DNA of 64,000 nt from Gemmatimonadales bacterium. Lineage in GTDB: Bacteria; Gemmatimonadota; Gemmatimonadetes; Gemmatimonadales; GWC2-71-9. How positions within the stretch are numbered: position 1 is the first letter of the stretch; each line of letters begins with the position of its first letter. The notes beneath the pieces are model-generated. The model worked only from the letters and a program-made list of their open reading frames with translations, made no database searches and had not been told where the DNA came from. Positions 53,928-63,656 of this stretch are shown in pieces. The DNA is taken from contig JBAUHI010000076.1 of NCBI GenBank assembly GCA_049680185.1, forward strand, positions 4,339-68,338, in the 5' to 3' direction. The position numbers and the translations under genes were made by a program.

Positions 53928-56611
53928 GCGTCGATCTCCGGGGGTGGGGCCGGGGGCGTTCCAGTGACGGGGATCCGGACCCGGAATATGGCGCCTCCGC
54001 CCGACCGGGCCTCCGCCCAGATCCTCCCACCGTGGGCCGCGACGATGCCGCGGCAGATGGCCAGGCCGAGTCCGACTCCACCGCCCGGTGCCGTGCCGTG
54101 GGCCCGGTGGAACTTCTCGAAGATCCGCTCTTCTTCGCCGGCGGGGATCCCGGGGCCCCGGTCGGCCACGTCGAGGACCACGCCGTCCTGGTCGGACCGG
54201 GCCCGGATCTCGATCGGCGTGCCGGCGGGCGTGTATTTGGCCGCGTTCTCGAGGAGATTCACCAGCACCTGCTCGATCAGGAGTCCGTCGATCGGCACGA
54301 GCGGGAGGTCGTCGGGGAGGTCGGTGGTGACCGGGTGCGCCCCGAGCTTCTCGGTAAGCCGGATGAGCGCCACGCCCACCACCTCTTCAAGCGGCTGCCA
54401 CTCCTTCTCTGCCTGCAAGGACCCGGTCTCGACCCGGACCATGTTGAGCAGGTTGCCGACGAGCCGCGTCATGCGGCGCGACTCTTCAACCACGGTCTGC
54501 GCCAGGTCGCGACGCGAGTCGGCTGTGAGGGTGTGCTCACCGTCTAGGAGCGTGGAGGCCGCGCCCTCGATGGCGCCGAGGGGAGTGCGGAGATCATGGG
54601 AGAGCGAGCTGAGCAGCGACGTGCGCAAGCGTTCCGCCTCCACCTCGACCTGGGACCGACGCGAGTCCTCGGCCAGCTGGGCGCGTGCGATCGCGAGGCC
54701 GGCCTGCCCTGCGAATGCCTCCAGCAGGCGGCGTCGGTCGGGGTCCCGCCACCAACCGGGATCGGCGGCGATCGCCAGGACCGCCACCGGTCCGCTGGTA
54801 CCTGCAAGCGGCACAAAGAGATGCCGGGCCGCCGGGAGCGTGTCGGTCCCGGCGCCGGCGGTCTGTCCGTGGGTCAGCACCCAGTGGGCCACGCCAAGCT
54901 CCTTCGAGGCCTCGCCTTCGAGAGCGTCGGTCCACCGCAATTCCGACGCGGCATCGGCCACGAGGACCGACGCGGGGCCGCCGAAGACCTCGCCCGCACG
55001 CGCGGCGATCGTGGTGACCACGGCGGGGAGATCGGCCGCCCCGGCCAGCGCGCGGCTCAGTGTATAGAGGGCCGACGTGCGCTCCTCCCGGGCGCGGGCC
55101 GCGACCACCTGTGATCGGATCCGGCTGGTGAGGCGGCTCATCGCCAGCGCGATCAGGAGCATCACGACGAAGGTGAGGACGTAGCCCCCGTCCGAGACCG
55201 AGAAGTTGTAGAACGGAGGGACAAAGCAGAAGTCGAAGAGCGCGATGCTGACCAGGGACGCTGCCACCGCCGGGCCCCGGGCGTACCGTGCCGACACGAT
55301 GACGACGGCCAGGAGGTAGAGCATCGCGACGTCGATCGTCTTGAGGGAGCTACGGAGGAGGAGGCCCGCTGCCGTGGCGCCGGCGATCCAGCCAAGTGCC
55401 GCGAGGTATTCGCGCACAGGGACCACGCCCCGGGGTGCCAGATGTGGGCGAGGGCGCGGCGCGTCGGCATCGCCGGTGATCACGTAGACGTCGATGTCGC
55501 CGCTCCCGCGGACCAGATCGTCGAGGAGGGAACCGCGGAATCGATCCCGCCAGCGGGAGTGCGTCGGCTTTCCGACGATGATACGGGTCACGTTCTGACG
55601 GCGGGCATACGCCAGGACCTCCTCGCTCGGGTCCGCTCCGCTGAGGACCGCGGTCTCGGCGCCCAGCTCCGCGGCGAGGGCCAGATTGGCAGAGAGCGCC
55701 TCACGGTCCCCGATCGGAAGTCGGTCGTCCCCCGGCGTCTCGACGTGGACCGCGATCCAGGTGGCGCCGAAGCCGGTGGCCATCTGGCGCGCGGAGCGTA
55801 CGAGTCGCGCGGCGGCCGGGTTGGCGCCGACGCAGACGAGCAGCCGCTCGCCGGCCGGCCAGATCGCGTCGATCCCCTGCGCGTGGCGATATCCCCGCAT
55901 CTCCGCGTCCACCCGCTCTGCCGTGCGGCGGAGGGCCAGCTCGCGGAGCGCGATGAGATTCCCCTCGCGGAAGAACCGCTCGAGTGCCCGCCCGGCGGCG
56001 TCGCCCAGATACACTTTCCCTTGCCGCAAGCGCTCCCGCAGGACGTCAGGTGTGACATCGACAAGTGCCACTTCGTCGGCCCGCTCAAGGACGGCATCGG
56101 GGACGCGTTCGCGGACGGTGACCCCGGTGATCTGCGCCACCACGTCGTTGAGGCTCTCGAGATGCTGGACGTTGATGGCGGTGAGGACGTCGATCCCAGC
56201 GCCCAGGAGCTCTTCGATATCCTGCCAGCGCTTGGCGTGCCGTGATCCCGGCGCGTTGGTATGGGCGAGTTCGTCCACCAGGATCAAGGCAGGGTGGCGG
56301 GCCAGCGCACCATCGAGGTCGAACTCCGACAGGTGGGCGTCGCGGTACTCCACGTCACGGCGGGGTAGGACCTCCAGTCCCTCAAGGAGTTGCGCGGTCT
56401 CGACGCGCCCGTGCGTCTCCACCGCCCCGACGACCACATCCACCCCCGTCTCCTTCGCGGCGCGCGCCGCCTCGAGCATGGCATAGGTCTTGCCGACGCC
56501 GGGCGCGGCGCCGAGGAAGACCTTCAGGTTGCCGCGCGCGGCCCGTCGTTCCCCCTCGCGCAGCTGCGCGAGGAGAACGTCGGGGTCGGGGCGGTGGTCG
56601 GGTGCGGGCAT
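53924..56611 (-). CDS. kdpD: Sensor histidine kinase KdpD
   Basis: N-terminal KdpD domain LKVFLGAAPGVGKTYAML, Usp-like domain, 4 TM, GAF-like region, H-box LSSLSHDLRTPL, HATPase NLLENAAKY / DRGPGIP / GVGLGLAICRG. Confidence 0.93.
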   Translation of the reverse strand: MPAPDHRPDPDVLLAQLREGERRAARGNLKVFLGAAPGVGKTYAMLEAARAAKETGVDVVVGAVETHGRVETAQLLEGLEVLPRRDVEYRDAHLSEFDLDGALARHPALILVDELAHTNAPGSRHAKRWQDIEELLGAGIDVLTAINVQHLESLNDVVAQITGVTVRERVPDAVLERADEVALVDVTPDVLRERLRQGKVYLGDAAGRALERFFREGNLIALRELALRRTAERVDAEMRGYRHAQGIDAIWPAGERLLVCVGANPAAARLVRSARQMATGFGATWIAVHVETPGDDRLPIGDREALSANLALAAELGAETAVLSGADPSEEVLAYARRQNVTRIIVGKPTHSRWRDRFRGSLLDDLVRGSGDIDVYVITGDADAPRPRPHLAPRGVVPVREYLAALGWIAGATAAGLLLRSSLKTIDVAMLYLLAVVIVSARYARGPAVAASLVSIALFDFCFVPPFYNFSVSDGGYVLTFVVMLLIALAMSRLTSRIRSQVVAARAREERTSALYTLSRALAGAADLPAVVTTIAARAGEVFGGPASVLVADAASELRWTDALEGEASKELGVAHWVLTHGQTAGAGTDTLPAARHLFVPLAGTSGPVAVLAIAADPGWWRDPDRRRLLEAFAGQAGLAIARAQLAEDSRRSQVEVEAERLRTSLLSSLSHDLRTPLGAIEGAASTLLDGEHTLTADSRRDLAQTVVEESRRMTRLVGNLLNMVRVETGSLQAEKEWQPLEEVVGVALIRLTEKLGAHPVTTDLPDDLPLVPIDGLLIEQVLVNLLENAAKYTPAGTPIEIRARSDQDGVVLDVADRGPGIPAGEEERIFEKFHRAHGTAPGGGVGLGLAICRGIVAAHGGRIWAEARSGGGAIFRVRIPVTGTPPAPPPEIDA

Positions 56612-56660
56612 ATGATATGAAAGGAAAGGTATCGTCTGGCAGGCGAGCCGGCGGGAGCGG

Positions 56661-58004
56661 CTAGAACCGGACCAGCAGGGCGGCGTTGATCCGAGTCTCG
56701 GTCTTCCGGAGGTCAGGGGTGAACCCTGCCACCACCGATCCGGGAGCCCCCGAGTTCCCGTTCGGTGGGGTCACACCGCCGGGGCCGGCAAAGTATGGGA
56801 CATTGGCGGCCCGGTGGTCGAGCTCGAGGCGGAAGGTCGTGATCTGATCGGGCATGTAATCGATGGTGGCCGAGGCGTCCCAGGCAGAGAACTGATCTCC
56901 GGGGTTCTCCGTGAAGTAGGGCGTGCCCGAGAGCGCCGTGGCGCCGTTGATCGGGGGGAGGAGCACGAGGTACCGACCGGGATTGGTCACCGCACCACCA
57001 CCGAGCGTGAGCCCGTAGCGGTCGTCCGCGAACCACAGCCTGTTGTAGAGCATGGCGCCGAGGAAGTACTGGGCAGGGCCACCGGTCCCTCCGCTGCAGG
57101 AGACTCCGGCACCCGACTCGCACCCGGCATCCACCGTGAGGGAGAAGGCGGCGCGATGGAGGGCGCGCCCAGGGTGGTCGTAGTATTTCACCTGCAGACT
57201 GTTGTCCGAGTGGATGCGCGCCCGGCCCGGCAGTCCGAGCCAGTCGTGGCCCCAGTAGCTGTTCGAGAGGATCGAGACCCGCGCATCGGGGCGCCAGAGC
57301 ACTTGTGCGCCGATCCCCGGCGCTTCGTTGTACATCCCGTACGACTGCCATCCGTTCACGATCCACGGCCCGATCTTGAGCTTGTCGCTCGGGAAGAACT
57401 GGAGGCGGATCCCGTTGAAGAACCATGGGGTGTTGGACGAGACGTACGACGGCTGGTAGGTCCAGTTGTCGAAGTTGTAGTAGCTGAAGAGCCCGACATA
57501 GGACATGAAGATCCCGGCGTCGAGGTTGATCCCGTGCATCGCGTCCCAGTGATAGCCGCCGTACGCCTCCGACAGATAGCGGTAGGCGTCCGCGAGCTGC
57601 CATTGGCCGCGGCCGGTGCTGGCGTCGTTGCGCGGCGTCATCGTCGAGTACATCCCGAACTGTGTCATCAGCCGCCCGCGGGCGTGCTGGTAGTGGAAAT
57701 CGCCGCCGATGCCGAGTTGCTGGACCTGGACCTCGCTGGTGCGTCCGCTCTCGGAGGTGCCCACCAGGGTGTGGTCGCCAGGCTGGTTGAAGTCATAGAT
57801 GTACGACACATCCACCCGGAACTCGCCGGTGAAGTACTTGGAATCGAGCAGGGAACCCGTCTGCCGTCCGTTGCCGTTGAGCCACGTGAAGTCGCCAAAG
57901 GCGAATGGGGCGCTCCGGGGCAGTGCCGCCGCGGTGTCGGACTGGGCAATGGCCGGGGTAGGAACGATCCCGCCGAGCAGTGCCGCAAGGACAAGACGAC
58001 GCAT
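56661..58004 (-). CDS. Outer-membrane porin-like beta-barrel encoded inside the kdp operon
   Basis: ATG 58004: MRRLVLAALLGGIVPTPAIAQSD (signal peptide), alternating beta-strand pattern throughout, C-terminal ...INAALLVRF. Confidence 0.7.
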   Translation of the reverse strand: MRRLVLAALLGGIVPTPAIAQSDTAAALPRSAPFAFGDFTWLNGNGRQTGSLLDSKYFTGEFRVDVSYIYDFNQPGDHTLVGTSESGRTSEVQVQQLGIGGDFHYQHARGRLMTQFGMYSTMTPRNDASTGRGQWQLADAYRYLSEAYGGYHWDAMHGINLDAGIFMSYVGLFSYYNFDNWTYQPSYVSSNTPWFFNGIRLQFFPSDKLKIGPWIVNGWQSYGMYNEAPGIGAQVLWRPDARVSILSNSYWGHDWLGLPGRARIHSDNSLQVKYYDHPGRALHRAAFSLTVDAGCESGAGVSCSGGTGGPAQYFLGAMLYNRLWFADDRYGLTLGGGAVTNPGRYLVLLPPINGATALSGTPYFTENPGDQFSAWDASATIDYMPDQITTFRLELDHRAANVPYFAGPGGVTPPNGNSGAPGSVVAGFTPDLRKTETRINAALLVRF

Positions 58005-58017
58005 CGGGTCCTCCAGG

Positions 58018-58602
58018 TCAGCGCCGCTCGGCGGCGGCGCTGTCCAGGGCAAGGTTGAGGAACAGCACATTGACGCGGGGATCGCCGAAGAGGCCGAAGG
58101 TCCGTCCGGTGGTGGCGTGCACCACCAGCGTCCGCAGCTCGTTCGCCGCCATCCCGCGCACCCGCGCGACGCGCTCCACCTGAAATTCGGCCGCGGCGGG
58201 CGAGATGTCCGGATCGAGCCCGCTGGCCGATGCGGTCAGGAGGTCGGCGGGGATCGGTGCGACGTTGGCGGGGTCGGCGGCGCGCAGCCGCTGGGCGCGT
58301 GTCAGTATCGAGTCGCTCAGCGCGGGATTCGACGGCGCCAAGTTGCTCCCGCCCGATGCGTCTGCGTCGTAGGGCACCGGCGCCGTGGCGGAGGGGCGGC
58401 CCCAGAAGTGGCCGGGATCGTCGAACCACTGGCCGATCAGCTTCGAGCCGACGATCGTGTCGCCCCGGGACACCCAGCTCCCGGCGGCGCGTCCGGGGAA
58501 GAAGGCGTGGGCGCCGAGGGTGACCACTGCCGGATAGACCACACCGGTCAGCAGGGTCAGGCCGGCGAGGATCACCAGCGCGGGGCGGAGTTGACGGAGC
58601 AC
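58018..58602 (-). CDS. kdpC: Potassium-transporting ATPase subunit KdpC
   Basis: MLRQLRPALVILAGLTLLTGVVYP..., GSKLIGQ, SGGSNLAPSNPAL, ASASGLDPDISP. Confidence 0.92.
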   Translation of the reverse strand: MLRQLRPALVILAGLTLLTGVVYPAVVTLGAHAFFPGRAAGSWVSRGDTIVGSKLIGQWFDDPGHFWGRPSATAPVPYDADASGGSNLAPSNPALSDSILTRAQRLRAADPANVAPIPADLLTASASGLDPDISPAAAEFQVERVARVRGMAANELRTLVVHATTGRTFGLFGDPRVNVLFLNLALDSAAAERR

Positions 58603-58611
58603 CGGGCCTCC

Positions 58612-60681
58612 TCAGGCCAGTCCGAGCGTTGAGAGCACCAGGTCGATGAGCTTGATCCCGATGAAGGGGATCAGGAGACCACCGACGCCGTAGAGCAGGA
58701 GGTTCTGGCGCAGGACGGCGGCTGCGCCGAGGGGCCGATACTTGACGCCACGGAGGGCGAGCGGGATCAGCCCGACGATGACGAGGGCGTTGAAGATCAC
58801 AGCGGAGAGGATCGCGCTCGCGGGCGAGGCGAGATGCATCACGTTGAGTGCGCCCAGGGCAGGGTAGGTCACCGCGAACGCCGCGGGTATGATCGCGAAA
58901 TACTTGGCCACGTCGTTGGCGATGCTGAAGGTCGTGAGCGCGCCGCGGGTCATCAGGAGTTGCTTCCCGGTCTCCACCACGGCGATGAGCTTGGTCGGGT
59001 CGGAGTCGAGGTCCACCATGTTCCCGGCCTCCCTGGCGGCCTGGGTGCCGGAGTGCATCGCCACCGCCACGTCGGCCTGCGCCAGCGCGGGAGCGTCGTT
59101 AGTGCCATCGCCCGTCATCGCGACCAACCGGCCGCCCGCCTGATACTGGCGAATGAGCGCCAGTTTCGCTTCCGGCGTGGCCTGCGCCACGAAGTCGTCC
59201 ACCCCGGCCTCCGCCGCGATGGCCGCCGCAGTGATCGGATTGTCCCCGGTCACCATCACGGTACGGATCCCCATCCGGCGGAGGTCGGCAAATCGCTCGC
59301 GGATCCCTCCCTTCACCACGTCCTTGAGCTGGATCACTCCCAGCACCTCGGCACCATCGGCGACCAGGAGCGGGGTGCCGCCGCCGCGGGCCACGTCCTC
59401 GACGAGCGCCGTGACCGCGGCGGGGACGGTGCCGCCGGCCTTGCGGACCCAGCCGATCACCGCATCGGCGGCGCCCTTGCGGACCCGCCGTGGACCCAAG
59501 TCCACGCCGCTCATCCGGGTCTGGGCGGTGAACGGCACGAACACCGCGCCGAGGTCGTGCACATCGCGCTCGCGGAGGCCGAACATCTCCTTGGCCAGGA
59601 TCACGACGCTCCGGCCCTCCGGCGTCTCGTCGGCGAGCGAGGCGAGCTGGGCCGCGTCGGCCAGGCGTTCCGGCGCGACCCCGGGTGCGGTGAGGAAGCG
59701 CGTCGCGCGACGGTTGCCGAGCGTGATGGTCCCGGTCTTGTCGAGGAGGAGCACGTCCACGTCTCCGGCCGCTTCGACCGCCCGTCCACTGGTGGCGATC
59801 ACGTTGCGCTGCAGCATGCGGTCCATCCCGGCGATGCCGATCGCAGGGAGCAGACCGCCGATGGTCGTGGGAATGAGGCACACCAGGAGCGCCACCAGCA
59901 CGGTGACCGAGACCGGCGCCCCTGCACCGGCCGTGCGGACGGCAAAGGTGGAGAAGGGAAGCAGTGTCGCCGTGGCGAGGAGGAACACGATCGTGAGCCC
60001 GGCGAGCAGGATGTCGAGCGCGATCTCGTTCGGCGTCTTCTGTCGCCGAGCGGCCTCGATCAATCCGATCATCCGGTCGAGGAACGAATGTCCCGGCTCG
60101 GCCGCGACCCGCACGACGATCCAGTCCGAGAGCACGCGGGTCCCCCCGGTCACCGCACTCCGGTCGCCGCCGCTCTCGCGGATGACGGGCGCGCTCTCTC
60201 CCGTCACCGCGCTCTCGTCCACCGATGCGACACCTTCGACCACATCGCCATCGGCCGGGATGGTATCTCCCGCCTTCACGAAGATGAGGTCGTCGCGACG
60301 GAGCGCTTCCGCCGGCACCGACAGGAAGTCGAGATGATCACCGGCGCGCTTCATCCGCTTGGCCCGGAGTCCCTCCCGCGCGCTGCGCAATGCGGCGGCC
60401 TGCGCCTGGCCCCGTCCCTCCGCCACCGCCTCGGCGAAATTCGCAAAGAGCACGGTGAGCCAGAGCCAGACGGCGATGGCCCAGGTGAACCCCGCGGGCC
60501 CGTCGCCGGCGCCGCGCAGGGCAGCGATGCCGAGGAGGGTCGTGAGGACGCTGCCGACCTCGACTACGAACATCACGGGGTTCCGCACCATTCGCCGGGG
60601 ATGGAGCTTGCGCACCGATTCGGCGAGCGCGCGTCGGAGCATCGGGCCGTCGAAGAGCGGGGCGCGGTCGGTGGTGTTCAT
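58612..60681 (-). CDS. kdpB: Potassium-transporting P-type ATPase subunit KdpB
   Basis: ATG 60681 (TGATG overlap with the kdpA stop). [13 protein letters not shown] (phosphorylation site), [23 protein letters not shown]. The 1286-aa track ORF is a read-through artefact. Confidence 0.95.
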   Translation of the reverse strand: MNTTDRAPLFDGPMLRRALAESVRKLHPRRMVRNPVMFVVEVGSVLTTLLGIAALRGAGDGPAGFTWAIAVWLWLTVLFANFAEAVAEGRGQAQAAALRSAREGLRAKRMKRAGDHLDFLSVPAEALRRDDLIFVKAGDTIPADGDVVEGVASVDESAVTGESAPVIRESGGDRSAVTGGTRVLSDWIVVRVAAEPGHSFLDRMIGLIEAARRQKTPNEIALDILLAGLTIVFLLATATLLPFSTFAVRTAGAGAPVSVTVLVALLVCLIPTTIGGLLPAIGIAGMDRMLQRNVIATSGRAVEAAGDVDVLLLDKTGTITLGNRRATRFLTAPGVAPERLADAAQLASLADETPEGRSVVILAKEMFGLRERDVHDLGAVFVPFTAQTRMSGVDLGPRRVRKGAADAVIGWVRKAGGTVPAAVTALVEDVARGGGTPLLVADGAEVLGVIQLKDVVKGGIRERFADLRRMGIRTVMVTGDNPITAAAIAAEAGVDDFVAQATPEAKLALIRQYQAGGRLVAMTGDGTNDAPALAQADVAVAMHSGTQAAREAGNMVDLDSDPTKLIAVVETGKQLLMTRGALTTFSIANDVAKYFAIIPAAFAVTYPALGALNVMHLASPASAILSAVIFNALVIVGLIPLALRGVKYRPLGAAAVLRQNLLLYGVGGLLIPFIGIKLIDLVLSTLGLA

Positions 60682-62390
60682 CACCGGGCCCCGAGGAGCA
60701 GGAGGTGCTCGACGATCGGTCCGAGGGCGAGCGCGGGCAGGAAGGTGAGCGCCCCGATCAGGAGGATCGTGGCGGCAAGCAGGGAGACAAAGAGTGGACC
60801 GTGGGTCGGCAGGGTGCCGGCGCTGGGCGCCACCGGCGTCTTCCGCGCCAGCGATCCAGCGATCGCGAGCACCGGGATGGCCACCCAGAAGCGGCCGACG
60901 AACATCGCCGCGGCCAGCAGGAGGTCGTAGAACCAGGAGTCTGCAGACAGCCCCGCGAATGCGCTGCCGTTGTTGTTCGCGGCCGAGGAGAACGCGTAGA
61001 GCACCTCCGAGAACCCGTGCGGGCCGGGATTGAGCACGCCGGCCCTTCCCGCGTCGGTCACGACCGCCACGGCGGTCCCGACGAGCACCGCGGCCGCGGG
61101 GACGAGGATCGCCACGGTGGCCATCTTGATCTCGAACGCCCCGATCTTCTTGCCGAGGTACTCCGGGGTGCGCCCCACCATCAGTCCGGCTATGAATACG
61201 GCGAGCAGGACGAAGAGCAGCATGCCGTAGAGGCCCGAACCCACACCGCCGAAGACCACCTCGCCGAGCTGGATGAGCCAGAGCGGGATCAGGCCGCCGA
61301 GGGGGGTGAGGGAGTCGTGCATCGTGTTGACGGCGCCGCAGGAGGTCGCTGTGGTGATGACGGTGAAGCGCGCGCTGGCGGGGATCCCGAAGCGGAGCTC
61401 CTTGCCCTCGAGGTTCCCTGCGTCCGGCGCGGCGCCCGCCGCGACCAGGGCAGGGGTCGATCCCGACTCGGCGAACGTCTCCCCCACCATGAGCGGCACG
61501 ATGAGCACGAGCATCGTGGCCAGGAGCGCCCATCCTTGGCGTCGATCGCCCACCATCCGGCCGAACGCCAGGCAGAGCGCTGTCGGGAGGAGGAGGATGG
61601 CGAGGGTCTCGAACAGGTCGCTCAGCGGAGTGGGGTTCTCGAACGGGTGGGCCGAATTGGCGTTGAAGAACCCGCCGCCGTTGGTCCCGAGCTCCTTGAT
61701 GGCCTCTTGTGACGCGACCGGGCCGAGCGCGATCGTCTGGGTCGGTGCGTCGGGCGTGGCCGCGACGCGCGGAACGATCCGCGGCCCCGACCAGCTCTGC
61801 ACCACCCCCTGCGACACCAGGAGGAGGGCGAGGAGGGTGGCGAGCGGCAGCAGGAGGTGGAGGGTGCCCCGGACCAGGTCGCGCCAGAAATTGCCGATCG
61901 TGGCGGCGCTCTTTCGCGACAGGCCGCGGATCAGCGCCATCAGGACCGCGAGCCCGCTCGCCGCGGAGACGAAGTTCTGCACCGTGAGCGCGCCGGCCTG
62001 GGTGAGGTGGGTCAGCGTCGTCTCGCCCCCGTAGGCCTGCCAGTTCGTGTTGGTCACGAATGACACCGCCGTGTTGAATGCGAGCGGTGGTGACACGCCT
62101 CCCAGGTGGGCGGGGTTGAAGGGCAGGACACCCTGGACCCGCTGCAGCAGGTACACCGTGACGATGCCCGCGGCGCTGAAGGCGAGGAGCGCGAGTCCGT
62201 ACTCGTGCCAGGGCATCTCGCGCGACGGGTCCACCCCCGCGGCGCGGTAGAGCGCACGCTCGATGGCGCCGAAGATCCGGTCCGACCAGAGGCGCTCCTC
62301 GCCGTACACCCGCACGATCCACCCGCCGACCGGCCAGGCGAGGACGAGCAGGAGGGTGAGGAACAGGGCCAGTTGGCCCCAGGCCAGCAT
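60681..62390 (-). CDS. kdpA: Potassium-transporting ATPase subunit KdpA
   Basis: [29 protein letters not shown]..., polytopic with selectivity-filter-like [30 protein letters not shown]. The start could also be GTG 62396 or 62405. Confidence 0.93.
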   Translation of the reverse strand: MLAWGQLALFLTLLLVLAWPVGGWIVRVYGEERLWSDRIFGAIERALYRAAGVDPSREMPWHEYGLALLAFSAAGIVTVYLLQRVQGVLPFNPAHLGGVSPPLAFNTAVSFVTNTNWQAYGGETTLTHLTQAGALTVQNFVSAASGLAVLMALIRGLSRKSAATIGNFWRDLVRGTLHLLLPLATLLALLLVSQGVVQSWSGPRIVPRVAATPDAPTQTIALGPVASQEAIKELGTNGGGFFNANSAHPFENPTPLSDLFETLAILLLPTALCLAFGRMVGDRRQGWALLATMLVLIVPLMVGETFAESGSTPALVAAGAAPDAGNLEGKELRFGIPASARFTVITTATSCGAVNTMHDSLTPLGGLIPLWLIQLGEVVFGGVGSGLYGMLLFVLLAVFIAGLMVGRTPEYLGKKIGAFEIKMATVAILVPAAAVLVGTAVAVVTDAGRAGVLNPGPHGFSEVLYAFSSAANNNGSAFAGLSADSWFYDLLLAAAMFVGRFWVAIPVLAIAGSLARKTPVAPSAGTLPTHGPLFVSLLAATILLIGALTFLPALALGPIVEHLLLLGAR

Positions 62391-62392
62391 CG

Positions 62393-62485
62393 TCACGCGA
62401 ACCACTCCGGCTTGAGGAGTGCTGCGACGAGGTACCCGAGCAGGAGGATCGCGACGATGAGTGCCGCGGCATGGAGGAATGTCAC
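62393..62485 (-). CDS. kdpF: KdpF small subunit (30 aa)
   Basis: GTG 62485 with GAGGAG 5 nt upstream: (M)[29 protein letters not shown], the typical KdpF single TM ending in a P-E-x-F motif. Confidence 0.8.
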   Translation of the reverse strand: MTFLHAAALIVAILLLGYLVAALLKPEWFA

Positions 62486-62619
62486 GGGGTCTCCTCGAGC
62501 CTCTGGCAGACCCACAGGAGCCCGGCGGTGGCGCCGACGAGGAGGCAGAGCATCAATAACGCGATCAGGTCCGGCATCGGCGGCCCGGGAAAGGGATGCT
62601 CCCAAGCTAGGGAGCGGGG

Positions 62620-62670
62620 CATCAAGGCGGGGTTCGGAACGGCGGGCCCGGCATCAAGGATTCATCAAGG
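62620..62670 (-). promoter_or_regulatory. Three direct repeats CCTTGATG upstream of kdpF (candidate KdpE operator)
   Basis: Plus-strand CATCAAGG at 62620-27, 62652-59 and 62663-70. Two copies are spaced 11 bp start-to-start and the third is 32 bp away. They lie 135-185 nt upstream of the kdpF start. Confidence 0.4.
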
Positions 62671-62699
62671 TGGGACTGGGGTGCAGGGGGAACGCAGCG

Positions 62700-62727
62700 C
62701 CCCACCGGTCAGCGAGTGACGGTGGGG
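62700..62727 (-). terminator. GC-rich hairpin (11 bp, one bulge) 17 nt downstream of the last tRNA gene; no U-tract
   Basis: CCCCACCGGTCA-GCGAG-TGACGGTGGGG read directly. It lies between tRNA-Arg(CCG) and the kdp promoter region. Confidence 0.45.
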
Positions 62728-62744
62728 CGATGGGATGCCGTACA

Positions 62745-62818
62745 TGGGCTCGGGCGGACTCGAACCGCCGACCTCTTGCTCCGGAGGCAAGCGCTCTATC
62801 CAGCTGAGCTACGAGCCC
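62745..62818 (-). tRNA. tRNA-Arg (anticodon CCG)
   Basis: GGGCTCGTAGCTCAGCTGGATAGAGCGCTTGCCTCCGGAGCAAGAGGTCGGCGGTTCGAGTCCGCCCGAGCCCA. Anticodon loop CT-CCG-GA. Acceptor GGGCTCG/CGAGCCC. No encoded CCA. Confidence 0.9.
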
Positions 62819-62857
62819 GCGTCCTGCGGATACTGACCGATGCGGGATCTGCGTCCA

Positions 62858-62932
62858 TCGGGGCGCCCGGATTTGAACCGGGGACCTCCTGCTCCCGAAG
62901 CAGGCGCGCTAACCGGGCTGCGCTACGCCCCG
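62858..62932 (-). tRNA. tRNA-Pro (anticodon CGG)
   Basis: CGGGGCGTAGCGCAGCCCGGTTAGCGCGCCTGCTTCGGGAGCAGGAGGTCCCCGGTTCAAATCCGGGCGCCCCGA. Anticodon loop TT-CGG-GA. Confidence 0.9.
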
Positions 62933-62967
62933 TGTGTTAGGTGCTACGTACCTCGTGCCTTCGTTCA

Positions 62968-63041
62968 TGCGCTCAGAGGGACTTGAACCCCCAACCTTCT
63001 GATCCGTAGTCAGATGCTCTATCCAATTGAGCTATGAGCGC
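62968..63041 (-). tRNA. tRNA-Arg (anticodon ACG)
   Basis: GCGCTCATAGCTCAATTGGATAGAGCATCTGACTACGGATCAGAAGGTTGGGGGTTCAAGTCCCTCTGAGCGCA. Anticodon loop CT-ACG-GA. Confidence 0.9.
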
Positions 63042-63053
63042 GTACAGAGCGTA

Positions 63054-63129
63054 AGAGTCTAGAGCTCAGAGCTGAGAGTCGAAAGCTCAGAGTCTAGAGC
63101 TCAGAGTCTAGAGCTCAGAGTCTAGAGCT
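63054..63129. repeat. Low-GC tandem heptamer array AGAGYYN x11 in the tRNA-Val / tRNA-Arg spacer
   Basis: AGAGTCT AGAGCTC AGAGCTG AGAGTCG AAAGCTC AGAGTCT AGAGCTC AGAGTCT AGAGCTC AGAGTCT AGAGCTT. A short inverted partner lies at 63169-63200 (reverse complement: ..AGAGTCG TAAGCTT GGAGCTT..). Confidence 0.85.
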
Positions 63130-63201
63130 TGCGGTCTGCTTCGGTGACCGACGGATCTCGGAACACGACCTTCAAGCTCCAAGCTTACGACTCTGGGCTC
63201 A

Positions 63202-63275
63202 TGGGCGGTACAAGATTCGAACTTGTGACCTCCACGATGTCAACGTGGCGCTCTAACCAACTGAGCTAACCGCCC
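63202..63275 (-). tRNA. tRNA-Val (anticodon GAC)
   Basis: GGGCGGTTAGCTCAGTTGGTTAGAGCGCCACGTTGACATCGTGGAGGTCACAAGTTCGAATCTTGTACCGCCCA. Anticodon loop TT-GAC-AT. Confidence 0.9.
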
Positions 63276-63370
63276 GGTGCCAGACACTCAAGCGGCCAGT
63301 CGGTCGAACGTTCGGCGCCGCGCTCCGGCGTACCCGACCGCCTCTCCGCCTGACCGCTTGTCCACCTGCA

Positions 63371-63444
63371 TAGCGGGGGTGGGATTTGAACCCACGACCT
63401 CCGGGTTATGAGCCCGGCGAGCTACCAGACTGCTCCACCCCGCG
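63371..63444 (-). tRNA. Initiator tRNA-fMet (anticodon CAT)
   Basis: CGCGGGGTGGAGCAGTCTGGTAGCTCGCCGGGCTCATAACCCGGAGGTCGTGGGTTCAAATCCCACCCCCGCTA. Three G-C pairs closing the anticodon stem, mismatched 1:72 pair (C:U). Near-identical to the E. coli initiator. Confidence 0.9.
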
Positions 63445-63497
63445 ACGTGTTTCCTGCTGTCGATCCCATTCACCCGGCGGCTTCAGCCCGGCTTCCA

Positions 63498-63570
63498 AGC
63501 GGGAAACGGGACTCGAACCCGCGACCCCAACCTTGGCAAGGTTGTGCTCTACCAACTGAGCTATTCCCGC
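63498..63570 (-). tRNA. tRNA-Gly (anticodon GCC)
   Basis: GCGGGAATAGCTCAGTTGGTAGAGCACAACCTTGCCAAGGTTGGGGTCGCGGGTTCGAGTCCCGTTTCCCGCT. Anticodon loop TT-GCC-AA. Discriminator U. Confidence 0.9.
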
Positions 63571-63656
63571 GACCGTCTGGGCTGCAATTCTAGCGCGGCG
63601 TCGGGACGCGCGCAACGGGCGGTGGGACCATCCGCGTGACCATCACCACCCGCAGA

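Noticed and set aside
60682-62472. Upstream extension of the KdpB frame, giving a 1286-aa ORF (58612..62472).
   Set aside because: It overlaps kdpA and kdpF in another frame and translates to low-complexity Arg/Pro/Gly sequence. KdpB homology begins at [10 protein letters not shown] (ATG 60681).
62486-62744. c-di-AMP (ydaO-type) riboswitch in the kdp leader.
   Set aside because: I could not find the conserved ydaO-type segments (ACGGGGA..CCA, GGGUGAAUC, CAGCUAACCUCGUAAGCG). Only a short CCGAACCCC resemblance is present. An Infernal scan would settle it.
63054-63129. CRISPR array.
   Set aside because: The repeat unit is only 7 nt (14 nt as a doublet), with no unique spacers and no cas genes. 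It is a simple tandem repeat.
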